From contig OZ024766.1 in NCBI GenBank assembly GCA_964016885.1, positions 12,462,001 through 12,526,000 on the forward strand: a stretch of 64,000 nucleotides of DNA. Direction: 5' to 3'. The DNA comes from Eledone cirrhosa (lineage: Eukaryota). The first letter of the stretch is position 1. Each line of letters starts with the position of its first letter. Positions 1 to 13,399 of the stretch are shown here, piece by piece. The notes beneath the pieces are model-generated. The model worked only from the letters and a program-made list of their open reading frames with translations, was not told where the DNA came from and did no database searches. The position numbers and the translations under genes were made by a program.

Positions 1-3000
1 TTAGCAGTATCTCCTTTGGCAGAAGTGACCAGGGTGAGTCTTAGCAGTATCTCCTTTGGCAGAATTGACCAGGGTGAGTCTTAGCAGTATCTCCTTTGGC
101 AGAAGTGACCAGGGTGAGTCTTAGCACTATCTCCTTTGGCAGAAGTGACCAGGGTGAGTCTTAGCAGTACCTCCTTTGGCAGAAGTGACCAGGGTGAGTC
201 TTAGCAGTATCTCCTTTGGCAGAAGTGACCAGGGTGAGTCTTAGCAGTATCTCCTTTGGCAGAAGTGACCAGGGTGAGTCTTAGTAGTACCTCCTTTGGC
301 AGAAGTGACCAGGGTGAGTCTTAGTAGTACCTCCTTTGGCAGAAGTGACCAGGGTGAGTCTTAGCAGTATCTCCTTTGGCAGAAGTGACCAGGGTGAGTC
401 TTAGTAGTACCTCCTTTGGCAGAAGTGACCAGGGTGAGTCTTAGCAGTATCTCCTTTGGCAGAAGTGACCAGGGTGAGTCTTAGTAGTACCTCCTTTGGC
501 AGAAGTGACCAGGGTGAGTCTTAGCAGTATCTCCTTTGGCAGAAGTGACCAGGGTGAGTCTTAGCAGTATCTCCTTTGACAGAAGTGACCAGGGTGAGTC
601 TTAGCAGTACCTCCTTTGGCAGAAGTGACCAGGGTGAGTCTTAGCAGTATCTCCTTTGGCAGAAATGACCAGGGTTAGTCTTAGCAGTATCTCTTTTGGC
701 AGAAGTGACCAGGGTGAGTCTTAGCAGTATCTCCTTTGGCAGATGTGACCAGGGTGAGTCTTAGCAGTATCTCCTTTGGCAGAAGTGACCAGGGTGAGTC
801 TTAGCAGTATCTCCTTTGGCAGAAGTGACCAGGGTGAGTCTTAGCAGTATCTCCTTTGGCAGAAGTGACCAGGGTGAGTCTTAGCAGCATCTCCTTTGGC
901 AGAAGTGACCAGGGTGAGTCTTAGCAGTATCTCCTTTGGCAGAAGTGACCAGGGTGAGTCTTAGCAGTATCTCCTTTGGCAGAAGTGACCAGGGTGAGTC
1001 TTAGCAGTATCTCCTTTGGCAGAAGTGACCAGGGTGAGTCTTAGCAGTATCTCCTTTGGCAGAAGTGACCAGGGTGAGTCTTAGCAGTACCTCCTTTGGC
1101 AGAAGTGACCAGGGTGAGTCTTAGCAGTATCTCCTTTGGCAGAAGTGACCAGGGTGAGTCTTAGCAGTATCTCCTTTGGCAGAAGTGACCAGGGTGAGTC
1201 TTAGCAGTATCTCCTTTGGCAGAAGTGACCTGGGTGAGTCTTAGCAGTATCTCCTTTGGCAGAAGTGACCAGGGTGAGTCTTAGCAGTATCTCCTTTGGC
1301 AGAAGTGACCAGGGTGAGTCTTAGCAGTATCTCCTTTGGCAGAAGTGACCAGGGTGAGTCTTAGCAGTATCTCCTTTGGCAGAAGTGACCAGGGTGAGTC
1401 TTAGCAGTATCTCTTTTGGCAGAAGTGACCAGGGTGAGTCTTAGCAGTATCTCCTTTGGCAGAAGTGACCAGGGTGAGTCTTAGCAGTACCTCCTTTGGC
1501 AGAAGTGACCAGGGTGAGTCTTAGCAGTATCTCCTTTGGCAGAAGTGACCAGGGTGAGTCTTAGCAGTATCTCCTTTGGCAGAAGTGACCAGGGTGAGTC
1601 TTAGCAGTACCTCCTTTGGCAGAAGTGACCAGGGTGAGTCTTAGCAGTATCTTGGCAGAAGTGACCAGGGTGAGTCTTAGCAGTATCTTGGCAGAAGTGA
1701 CCAGGGTGAGTCTTAGCAGTACCTCCTTTGGCAGAAGTGACCAGGGTGAGTCTTAGCACTATCTCTTTTGGCAGAAGTGACCAGGGTGAGCCTTAGCAGT
1801 ATCTCCTTTGGCAGAAGTGACCAGGGTGAGTCTTAGCAGTACCTCCTTTGACAGAAGTGACCAGGGTGAGTCTTAGCACTATCTCCTTTGGCAGAAATGA
1901 CCAGGGTGAGTCTTAGCAGTACCTCCTTTGGCAGAAGTGACCAGGGTGAGTCTTAGCACTATCTCCTTTGGCAGAAGTGACCAGGGTGATTCTTAGCAGT
2001 ATCTCCTTTTGCAGAAGTGACCAGGGTGAGTCTTAGCAGTACCTCCTTTGGCAGAAGTGACCAGGGTGAGTCTTAGCAGTACCTCCTTTGGCAGAAGTGA
2101 CCAGGGTGAGTCTTAGCAGTACCTCCTTTGGCAGAAGTGACCAGGGTGAGTCTTAGCACTATCTCCTTTGGCAGAAGTGACCAGGGTGAGTCTTAGCAGT
2201 ATCTCCTTTTGCAGAAGTGACCAGGGTGAGTCTTAGCAGTACCTCCTTTGGCAGAAGTGACCAGGGTGAGTCTTAGCAGTACCTCCTTTGGCAGAAGTGA
2301 CCAGGGTGAGTCTTAGCACTATCTCCTTTGGCAGAAGTGACCAGGGTGAGTCTTAGCAGTATCTCCTTTGGCAGAAGTGACCAGGGTGAGTCTTAGCAGT
2401 ATCTCCTTTGGCAGAAGTGACCAGGGTGAATCTTAGCAGTATCTCCTTTGGCAGAAGTGACCAGGGTGAGTCTTAGCAGTATCTCCTTTGGCAGAAGTGA
2501 CCAGGGTGAGTCTTAGCACTATCTCCTTTGGCAGAAGTGACCAGGGTGAGTCTTAGCAGTACCTCCTTTGGCAGAAGTGACCAGGGTGAGTCTTAGCAGT
2601 ATCTCCTTTGGCAGAAGTGACCAGGGTGAGTCTTAGTAGTACCTCCTTTGGCAGAAGTGACCAGGGTGAGTCTTAGTAGTACCTCCTTTGGCAGAAGTGA
2701 CCAGGGTGAGTCTTAGCAGTATCTCCTTTGGCAGAAGTGACCAGGGTGAGTCTTAGCAGTATCTCCTTTGGCAGAAGTGACCAGGGTGAGTCTTAGCAGT
2801 ATCTCCTTTGACAGAAGTGACCAGGGTGAGTCTTAGCAGTACCTCCTTTGGCAGAAGTGACCAGGGTGAGTCTTAGCAGTACCTCCTTTGGCAGAAGTGA
2901 CCAGGGTGAGTCTTAGCAGTATCTCCTTTGGCAGAAGTGACCAGGGTGAGTCTTAGCAGTATCTCCTTTGAAAGAAGTGACCAGGGTGAGTCTTAGCACT

Positions 3001-4368
3001 ACCTCCTTTGGCAGAAGTGACCAGGGTGAGTCTTAGCAGTATCTCCTTTGGCAGAAGTGACCAGGGTGAGTCTTAGCAGTACCTCCTTTGGCAGAAGTGA
3101 CCAGGGTGAGTCTTAGCAGTATCTCCTTTGGCAGAAGTGACCAGGGTGAGTCTTAGCAGTATCTCCTTTGAAAGAAGTGACCAGGGTGAGTCTTAGCACT
3201 ATCTCCTTTGGCAGAAGTGACCAGGGTGAGTCTTAGCAGTATCTCCTTTGGCAGAAGTGACCAGGGTGAGTCTTAGCAGTACCTCCTTTGGCAGAAGTGA
3301 CCAGGGTGAGTCTTAGCAGTACCTCCTTTGGCAGAAGTGACCAGGGTGAGTCTTAGCAGTATCTCCTTTGGCATAAGTGACCAGGGTGAGTCTTAGCAGT
3401 ATCTCCTTTGGCAGAAGTGACCAGGGTGAATCTTAGCAGTACCTCCTTTGGCAGAAGTGACCAGGGTGAGTCTTAGCAGTACCTCCTTTGACAGAAGTGA
3501 CCAGGGTGAGTCTTAGCAGTATCTCCTTTGGCAGAAGTGACCAGGGTGAGTCTTAGCAGTATCTCCTTTGGCAGAAGTGACAAGGGTGAGTCTTAGCAGT
3601 ATCTCCTTTGGCAGAAGTGACCAGGGTGAGTCTTAGCAGTATCTCCTTTGAAAGAAGTGACCAGGGTGAGTCTTAGCACTATCTCCTTTGGCAGAAGTGA
3701 CCAGGGTGAGTCTTAGCAGTATCTCCCTTGGCAGAAGTGACCAGGGTGAGTCTTAGCAGTACCTCCTTTGGCAGAAGTGACCAGGGTGAGTCTTAGCAGT
3801 ATCTCCTTTGGCAGAAGTGACCAGGGTGAGTCTTAGCAGTACCTCCTTTGGCAGAAGTGACCAGGGTGAGTCTTAGCAGTACCTCCTTTGACAGAAGTGA
3901 CCAGGGTGAGTCTTAGCACTATCTCCTTTGGCAGAAGTGACCAGGGTGAGTCTTAGCAGTATCTCCTTTGGCAGAAGTGACCAGGGTGAGTCTTAGCAGT
4001 ATCTCCTTTGGCAGAAGTGACCAGGGTGAGTCTTAGCAGTACCTCCTTTGGCAGAAGTGACCAGGGTGAGTCTTAGCAGTACCTCCTTTGACAGAAGTGA
4101 CCAGGGTGAGTCTTAGCAGTATCTCCTTTGGCAGAAGTGACCAGGGTGAGTCTTAGCAGTATCTCCTTTGGCAGAAGTGACCAGGGTGAGTCTTAGCAGT
4201 ACCTCCTTTGGCAGAAGTGACCAGGGTGAGTCTTAGCAGTACCTCCTTTGGCAGAAGTGACCAGGGTGAGTCTTAGCAGTACCTCCTTTGGCAGAAGTGA
4301 CCAGGGTGAGTCTTAGCAGTATCTCCTTTGGCAGAAGTGACCAGGGTGAGTCTTAGCAGTATCTCCTT
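1..4368. repeat. 40-bp minisatellite (TTAGCAGTATCTCCTTTGGCAGAAGTGACCAGGGTGAGTC)n, ~109 copies, runs off the window start
   Basis: Head-to-tail near-identical units; two 36-bp deletion variants at ~1650-1690. Confidence 0.98.
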
Positions 4369-4760
4369 CAGTCAGGGTTGATCAACTAACTACTGGAAGG
4401 TGTTCACCCTGATGTTGGTTGCTATATTCTGGTTATTAATATTAACCAGCATCTTTAAGTTTTGAATGAATTTTTATTTTTAGATATCATCATCGCAATC
4501 GGTGTTAACTAGATCGATATCGCTTAACTTTTAACCTACGTGACATAGAACCAACTTGGCTTCTTTGATGCCACCCGGACAGGTTGGTTTGACAAGGACT
4601 GTCTGGCATGTTTTCGCTCGACCTCCCAACACCACGCCTTGCTCAACGTCGTAACCTGGGGCCTCAGCCTTTGATGTAGGAACAGGCTCCCCTTTCCTTC
4701 CTCTCATGTATGTATATACGTGCTTACATGTATATATATATATATTTGAATGTGTATATA

Positions 4761-5400
4761 TCTTAACTATAATAAAGGAAAGTCTGTGGGACTGCGTCCA
4801 GAATATATTTTTTTTATCCCGTTTGTAAAATAAGTTGGATTACTTTGAATAAATAATGAATGAATATTACATAATTTATGTGCTAAATTTCGTGGCTGTT
4901 GATTAAATATATTTTATAGCTTAATCTTTAAAATTCACTTCTTTAAAATTATCAAATGTCAACACTTCCGGTTAGCGGTCGTTATATTATAGCGCTTATA
5001 ATCGCATATATTTCCGTCGCTAATTTTCTCCTAATACAGTTTATATATAATGTCATCTTTTTTTAATATATCATGGATTACTGATTACAGAAGACAGTGT
5101 AACATAGGCTCTGTTCAATTTCTGTGTATATTGTCAATTACAATTTTATTTGATGTATCATATTTACATGTATATATATTTGTGTATAATATCAATATAC
5201 ACACTACACATGCTCGCAGAAAAACCACCCATCGAGTTGTTTTTCTGCCAGTTTATAATAAAAGACAAAACTGGAATAATTTAATAAAGTTTAACTTTTT
5301 TTTATTGACAACGTATATAAATGACTTTCATAGTTTTTCTTATATCATTTCCGTTACAGATGTCCTTCTCGGTCATTTGCTGTGTTGTTTACCGCTGTGA
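4761..5400 (+). mobile_element. Possible non-autonomous Helitron-like fragment (right end undefined)
   Basis: Starts TCTTAACTATAATAAAG after a TA tract; 4931-4973 (ATTCACTTCTTTAAAA..TCAAATGTCAACACTTCCGGTTA) matches 23644-23685 inside the Helitron remnant. Confidence 0.35.
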
Positions 5401-7139
5401 AATTTCCTGACGAACTGTCTGTTAATAAAAAAGTTTACATATTATAGGAATTGTGTTAATAAAAAAGTTTACATATTATATAGGAATTCTGCTCAGTTTG
5501 CCCCATGAATAAAGAAATCTTTATATATTATATAAGAGTTGCGTTTACTATTTTGACGGTGAAAAAATAATTAGACTTTAACCTCATAAATGGCTTCTAA
5601 TCAATTACTTCTCTTCAAAAATCATCTTTAAACTGAGTAAGACGTAATAATTCATAATGTAAAGGGGGGTAACTCTTGCGAAAAACTAAAGAGTTGTCTC
5701 CCTCGAACAGATATTGAGAATGTCTAAAAAGAAACCAAAAATGTAAATGGAGTGTCTAAAAATAAGAATGTAGATGAAGTGACGAAAAAAGAAACTAAGA
5801 TGTAAATGGAGTGTCTAAAAAAATCTGTATGAAACTAGAGTTTTTGAAAATGTCGAAAAGAAATTTGTATGAAACCAGTGTTTTTGAAAATGCCGAAGAA
5901 GAATCTGTAATATATAGCATTTATTTGAAAAATCTAAATTAGAATCCTGTTTAAATGGATTCTTAAAATCAAGGGAGGTAATATCCTGGGACTGGGAGTC
6001 CGAGGTGCAGCTCGCGCGCCACCTCGGAAGCTGAAATTCTACTGAGTAGAATAGTCATACTTATGGGTACTTTTGAGATTTTTAGCTTTAAAAAAATATA
6101 TAAACTAAACAAAGGGAGGTAATTCTAATTCGGAATAGGTATTTTTTCAAGAAAATTATTAGCGCATTGGTGGTACTGTGACGATGAGGGATTCGATCCC
6201 TGTCTCTCCCTTTTCTTTAATGATATTATATTCATTAAGAACATCGTCTTGAGACCAACACACTAACAATTTTCTGATAAACATCTGTTTTCAGAACGAA
6301 TTACCTCCATTCATTTCGTTTATATTTCTAATTTTTTTTATGAATAATCACTTACCTCCGTATAGACGACAGTCCAGCTTCATTAGTGACGTTATTTCGC
6401 CCTCTCACCTGCTACTGGCCAGGGTTTAGTTGGCCGTAGGACACCCTTAAGCTAGCCATTGACCAGGGTTTAGCTGGAGACGGTATATGCCCTAAAACTG
6501 CTTCTATCGCCAGTTTATCTGGCCCTAGCAGATCCTATGGGGTGTATACACCGTTTCTTTAGCCCTCTGAAGTGGCATTGACCAGGGCTTGGGTGGCCAT
6601 AGGACGTATACTCTATGGGTCACATATCCCCTAAAACTGCTTTTTCTCTGACATTAACCAGGGCTTGGGTGGCCATATGAGACCCTATGTTAAGTATATA
6701 GGAGATCCATTACTTTAGCCTGGCGTTAACCAGGAGACCCCATGGTAAGTACACACACCCTAAAACTGCTTCTTTCGCCCACTAATCTGGTATTTACTAG
6801 GGTTTATATTGCCGGGGTCAGTGCTAGTTTAGAGAGCCATAGGAGACCTTAATCTGGTCCTGACCAAGGTTTAGCTGGCCCTACAAGTTAAACACACTCT
6901 AAAGCTGGCCATGGGAGATGATAAGTCCTAAAACTGCTTCTATCGCCCTCTAAGCTTCTACTGATCAGGGTTTATCTGGCCCTAGGAGATCCTATGGGGT
7001 GTATACATCGTTTCTTTAGCCCTCTAACCTGGCACTCACAAGGGTTTGGTGGTCATAGGATACTCTCCCTAATGTGCTATTGATCAAGGTTTAGCTGGCC
7101 CTAGGAGAGCCTACAAGTTAACCACCCTAAAGCCGCTAC

Positions 7140-9745
7140 TTTCACCCTCTCACCTGGTATTGACCAAGGTTTATCTAGCTGTAGGAGATACTATAGGACA
7201 TATACACCCTCTCACCTGGTATTGACCAGGGTTTATCTAGCTGTAGGAGGTACTATAGGACATATACACCCTCTCACCTGGTATTGACCAGGGTTTATCT
7301 AGCTGTAGGAGGTACTATAGGACATATACACCCTCACCTGGTATTGACCAGGATTTATCTAGCTGTAGGAGGTACTATAGGACATATACACCCCCTCACC
7401 TGGTATTGACCAGGATTTATCTAGCTGTAGGAGATACTATAGGACATATACACCCCTCACCTGGTATTGACCAGGGTTTATCTAGCTGTAGGAGGTACTA
7501 TAGGACATATACACCCTCTAACCTGGTATTAACCAAGGTTTATCTAGCTGTAGGAGGTACTATAGGAACATATACACCCTCTAACCTGGTATTGACCAGG
7601 GTTTATCTAGCTGTAGGAGATACTATAGGACATATACACCCCTCACCTGGTATTGACCAGGGTTTATCTAGCTGTAGGAGGTACTATAGGACATATACAC
7701 CCTCTCACCTGGTATTGACCAGGGTTTATCTAGCTGTAGGAGATACTATAGGACATATACACCCCTCACCTGGTATTGACCAGGGTTTATCTAGCTGTAG
7801 GAGGTACTATAGGACATATACACCCTCTAACCTGGTATTAACCAAGGTTTATCTAGCTGTAGGAGATACTATAGGACATATACACCCTCTCACCTGGTAT
7901 TTACCAGGGTTTATCTAGCTGTAGGAGGTACTATAGGAACATATACACCCTCTAACCTGGTATTGACCAGGGTTTATCTAGCTGTAGGAGGTACTATAGG
8001 ACATATACACCCTCTCACCTGGTATTGACCAGGATTTATCTAGCTGTAGGAGGTACTATAGGACATATACACCTCTCACCTGGTATTGACCAGGGTTTAT
8101 CTAGCTGTAGGAGGTACTATAGGACATATACACCTCTCACCTGGTATTGACCAGGGTTTATCTAGCTGTAGGAGGTACTATAGGACATATACACCCTCTC
8201 ACCTGGTATTTACCAGGGTTTATCTAGCTGTAGGAGATACTATAGGACATATACACCCTCTCACCTGGTATTGACCAGGGTTTATCTAGCTGTAGGAGAT
8301 ACTATAGGACATGTACACCCCCTAACCTGGTATTGACCAGGGTTTATCTAGCTGTAGGAGGTACTATAGGACATATACACCCTCTCACCTGGTATTGACC
8401 AGGGTTTATCTAGCTGTAGGAGGTACTATAGGACATATACACCCTCTCACCTGGTATTGACCAGGGTTTATCTAGCTGTAGGAGATACTATAGGACATAT
8501 ACACCCTCTCGCCTGGTATTGACCAGGGTTTATCTAGCTGTAGGAGGTACTATAGGACATATACACCCTCTCACCTGGTATTGACCAGGGTTTATCTAGC
8601 TGTAGGAGGTACTATAGGACATATACACCCTCTTACCTGGTATTGACCAGGGTTTATCTAGCTGTAGGAGATACTATAGGACATATACACCCTCTCACCT
8701 GGTATTGACCAGGATTTATCTAGCTGTAGGAGGTACTATAGGACATATACACCCTCTCACCTGGTATTGACCAGGGTTTATCTAGCTGTAGGTGATAATA
8801 TAGGACATATACACCCTCACCTGGTATTGACCAGGGTTTATCTAGCTGTAGGAGGTACTATAGGACATATACACCCTCTCACCTGGTATTGACCAGGGTT
8901 TATCTAGCTGTAAGAGATACTATAGGACATATACACCCTCTCACCTGGCATTGACCAGGATTTATCTAGCTGTAGGTGATAATATAGGACATATACACCC
9001 TCTCACCTGGTATTGACCAGGATTTATCTAGCTGAAGGAGGTACTATAGGACATATACACCCTCTCACCTGGTATTGACCAGGGTTTATCTAGCTGTAGG
9101 AGGTACTATAGGACATATACACCCTCTAACCTGGTATTGACCAGGGTTTATCTAGCTGTAAGAGATACTATAGGACATATACACCCTCTAACCTGGTATT
9201 GACCAGGATTTATCTAACTGTAGGAGATACTATAGGACATATACACCCTCTAACCTGGTATTGACCAGGGTTTATCTAGCTGAAGGAGGTACTATAGGAC
9301 ATATACACCCTCTCACCTGGTATTGACCAGGGTTTATCTAGCTGTAGGAGGTACTATAGGACATATACACCCTCTAACCTGGTATTGACCAGGGTTTATC
9401 TAGCTGTAGGAGGTACTATAGGACATATACACCCTCTAACCTGGTATTGACCAGGGTTTATCTAGCTGTAGGAGGTACTATAGGACATATACACCCTCTA
9501 ACCTGGTATTGACCAGGATTTATCTAGCTGTAAGAGATACTATAGGACATATACACCCTCTAACCTGGTATTGACCAGGATTTATCTAACTGTAGGAGAT
9601 ACTATAGGACATATACACCCTCTCACCTGGTATTGACCAAGGTTTATCTAGCTGTAGGAGATACTATAGGACATATACACCCTCTCACCTGGTATTGACC
9701 AGGGTTTAACTAGCTATAGGAGATACTATAGGACATATACACCGT
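7140..9745. repeat. 62-bp minisatellite (CTCACCTGGTATTGACCAGGGTTTATCTAGCTGTAGGAGGTACTATAGGACATATACACCCT)n, ~42 copies
   Basis: Tandem units of 60-63 bp; degenerate related units flank it at ~6400-7140 and ~9745-9940. Confidence 0.97.
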
Positions 9746-10099
9746 AAAACTGTTTCTTTCACCCTCTAACATGGTGGTGGCTGGAGGAAATCTTAGGGGA
9801 AGTATATGCACTGAAATCTGGTAATGACTATCGTTTATCAGGCCCTAGGAGATCCTATGGTAAGTGTACACCCTAAAACTATGGTTTATCTGGCCTAGGT
9901 GTGCCTCCAAGTTAACAACACCCTAAAGTCCTCTAACCTAGCATTACTATACTAATTTGAAGCAAAGTAAATCACGCATGGGTCAGACGTTTGCTATTTA
10001 TTAGTGGAAGACAATTAATATGTTAAGAAATGACTAATACACAAACAGTTAATTAAACTGATATTTTTATTAGTGTTCAATATATTAGTGAAGGACAGG

Positions 10100-10607
10100 T
10101 ACACTGGTTCTCAACAACACCCAGATTGTGGCATGCTAAACTTAGTGAGGGGTGGGACACTTGGAGAGGAGATAGGCACTGTTAAACATTTCAAAGGCTC
10201 ATTGAACTGTCATGATGGAGACACCAGTACACTGGTTCTCAACAATACCCAGATTGTGGCATGCTAAACTTAGTGAGGGGTGGGACACTTGGAGAGGAGA
10301 TAGGCACTGTTAAACATTTCAAAGGCCCATTGAACTGTCATGATGGAGACACCAGTACACTGGTTCTCAACAATACCCAGATTGTGGCATGCTAAACTTA
10401 GTGAGGGGTGGGACACTTGGAGAGGAGATAGGCACTGTTAAACATTTCAAAGGCCCATTGAACTGTCATGATGGAGACACCAGTACACTGGTTCTCAACA
10501 ATACCCAGATTGTGGCATGCTAAACTTAGTGAGGGGTGGGACACTTGGAGAGGAGATAGGCACTGTTAAACATTTCAAAGGCTCATTGAACTGTCATGAT
10601 GGAGACT
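10100..10607. repeat. 128-bp tandem repeat, 4 copies
   Basis: TACACTGGTTCTCAACAA...CATGATGGAGAC recurs every 128 bp. Confidence 0.95.
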
Positions 10608-10919
10608 TAGTCTTGTTGTGACACTAAACTCCACCAGTTGCAGACTGCACATTAAACATGTGATATCTCTCTCCAGAGAAGTAAAAGTAAAAGAGACGCA
10701 GTAAAACATCTAGAACAGCAGCCCAACAGCTGGCTGCACCAGTTATAGGGAACTGATGTATATTTAGGGTCATGTAAGGTGCAACAATACATCATCACTT
10801 CCTACAGTAATGAGGAGTTACAAGTGTAAATCCTGTGTATTTTTATATAAACAACATTGGTAAACTTAATAATTTCTAAGGCCTCCTTTGGTCAGGGTTG
10901 ACAACAGGTAGTGTCCTGT

Positions 10920-11260
10920 TGTCAGCTCAGCTGGAGCAGTGTGTCTGTTAGCTAAACAGACCTATACGCGAGTGACAGTCTCTGTCACATTGAACACATC
11001 TGTATATGGTCTCTGGTCTGTTGGATTTATTGCACTCCTTTCGCCAGTCTCTCCTGTCCATTACTGCAGTCATCAAACTATCCTTCCTTGATTTGAGTTG
11101 TTGATTCAGAGTGTTTACTCCATCTTGGCCTGTCAGCTGCAAGGCCCTCCCAGGACTCTTTGTTGATATCAATGGCCATCATATCTCTTCACAATGTATC
11201 GCAACCAAGGTCAACTGGTGGCCAGCTCCCCATATAAGATGTCTTGTGGGAGACAGTTGC
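10920..11260 (-). mobile_element. RTE-clade LINE 3' fragment (degenerate)
   Basis: Translations LPQDILYGELAT and YRCVQCDRDCHSRIGLFS, typical of RTE ORF C-termini. Confidence 0.75.
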
Positions 11261-11356
11261 TTCTAACAGGACACTCTGGAAGGAGTGTTTGAGGACTCTG
11301 CCACCACGACCCTTTCAGGAATAAGTGGGCAAAGGGGGTTAAAATTACCAATACAC

Positions 11357-11735
11357 AGTGGTTACAGCATTGGGCTTGCAATCGAAAGGTTGTGAGTTCA
11401 ATTCTCAGACCGGGTGATGTGTTGTTTCCTCGAGCAAGACACTTTATTTCACATTGCTCCAGTTTACTCAGCTGTAGAAATGAGATGATAGGGACTGGGA
11501 TCCCTATCATTCCACTGTAAAGTGGTCGTGGAGGTGCCATGGCAAAAAAGCACCCAGCACTCACTGTAAATGAGGGTGGTGTTAGGAAGGGCATCCAGCT
11601 GTAGAAATCAAGCTAGAATCAGTTCCCCTATGAGCAAGACAATGTCAGACGACCGGACACTGCCCACAACAGAACAACCCGTCTAACCCATGCTAGAGTG
11701 GAAGAACGGACGTAAAACGGTGATGATGATGATGA
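11357..11735 (+). mobile_element. tRNA-derived SINE (family A) with RTE-type tail ending (GAT)n
   Basis: A box GTGGTTA..G and B box GAGTTCAATTC; same body as the copy at 20651. Confidence 0.9.
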
Positions 11736-12769
11736 TATATATTAGAATGCATGCTTAAAATACTGTAATATTTAAAACTGTAGTGGGAAGCGAACAGACT
11801 TACCTTGTGTCTCCACTTAAATCCAGACCAAATGACAACTGTCAACTGCACCAAAATCCGACTGACAATTACAGAGCCTCTCTCACTCACTTTCATAAAC
11901 ATGTCCACGCTTGCTTTGTTTGTAAATTCTATGTTTTTCCTTATTTCTATAATATAATTCTAGATATACAATGTCAGAAATACTAAACCAGAGGAGATAG
12001 TCACGACTGGAATGTCTATAAACAAAAGGACCAAACTGCAGTTAGATAACTGAATGTTTCGTTAGTCCGACATTTGGACTTTGTTAATCTGACATGACAG
12101 ACACCGAGACATGAATTTCTATCAGAAATATAATATTACACACGGCACCACCCCACAAAAACACACTATAAATAAATGTTATGAAAGACCCTAGATAAAT
12201 ACCACCATATAAAAATAAGGGTTAAAATAAATTACATGAATGAATGTTTTAGTTTGCCAAATATTTTCTGCTAGTGTAATTAAAGGTGTGTCTGTCCTCA
12301 GTTTTGTTTGTTAATTCTACCTTTCTTATTTCTATAATTAATTTCTCTCTCTATATATATATATTTATATATTATTTGTAAATAATATTGTTTAGATAAA
12401 TTACTTATGGACGTTGAAATAGTTAATATAATATAGAACATAAAGTTTAGTTTTGTAATAATTGCGTGAATGTCTTCGTTACAGCACCTGCTACCTTTCA
12501 AAGTTAGCCACACATTCTTAGTCGCCTTTTCGTATTGAATTTTTTTATTTAGTAAATTGTTATGGAATGAAGTTTATTTGGTATAATCCACATGCAATAA
12601 ATTATATATATACATATTACATATATATAGGCAATATCCAATTTTAGTTGTCTAAATGCCGCTTACTTGCTGTAGTTGCTGCTTACTTCAATGTATGAGG
12701 CTATTCCAACAAATTTACATTCCCCCTTTTTTTAGCCGTTAAAAGAAATATAGATTTATTTATTTTTAT

Positions 12770-13230
12770 TTTTTTGCGATTTATTTGCCACTGGGGCATA
12801 GATTTCTTTATTTGCCCCTTTTTTGTTTGTTTGTTTTTTTGTTTTTTTTTGCGATTTATTAGCCTTTTGGGGTCACACACACCCATAGAAAGTGTGCGAC
12901 CTTTCTGCCAGGGAGCACAGAGAGAGGGGGGTGCTCCCTTCTTCTCTTACCTGTACAAGCCGATATAGAGAGATGGCCCACTTACACGGGCCATTATTGC
13001 TACTTTCACCCATCTTTCATGGAATTGGCTGGGACTGAGTGCCTTTTTCTCCACCTTGATCCTTCTTTCGAAGTGGTATCGGAAGAAGAGGACCATTTGT
13101 TGGCCGGCGACATATCCCCACAGCTTCCTCATTGCAAACGCATCTGGGACATTTCTTTTCCAAGGGGTTTCCATCCCGGAATCCGTGTCTGTAGAGCCTT
13201 TCCCGAACGGGCAGGGCCCCTCGGTATAAT
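12770..13230 (-). mobile_element. Probable L1/Tx1-like LINE ORF2 C-terminus plus A-rich 3' region
   Basis: FFRYHFERRIKVEKKALSPSQFHERWVKVA resembles the F...W C-terminal motif of L1/Tx1 ORF2; A-rich sequence follows on the minus strand. Confidence 0.45.
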
Positions 13231-13399
13231 AGTAAGTATTAGTGGTTGTAATAAAAATGCAATCAAAATGTAATAAATACCTTCACTGATTTCTTTCCTT
13301 ATATTATCAACAGAAGTTGGTATGTCACCCAAAGTTCGCTTTGTATGTTCCCGAATAGCAGGGAATTTTGATAAAACTGTTTCTAATTCCTTCTCCACA

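Noticed and set aside
1-4368. CRISPR-like regular array
   Set aside because: Units are contiguous with no unique spacers; no cas genes; eukaryotic context. The same applies to all other arrays.
11485-11512. Resemblance of TCCCTATCA to the tet operator
   Set aside because: Only a half-site in the wrong arrangement, and part of a multi-copy SINE
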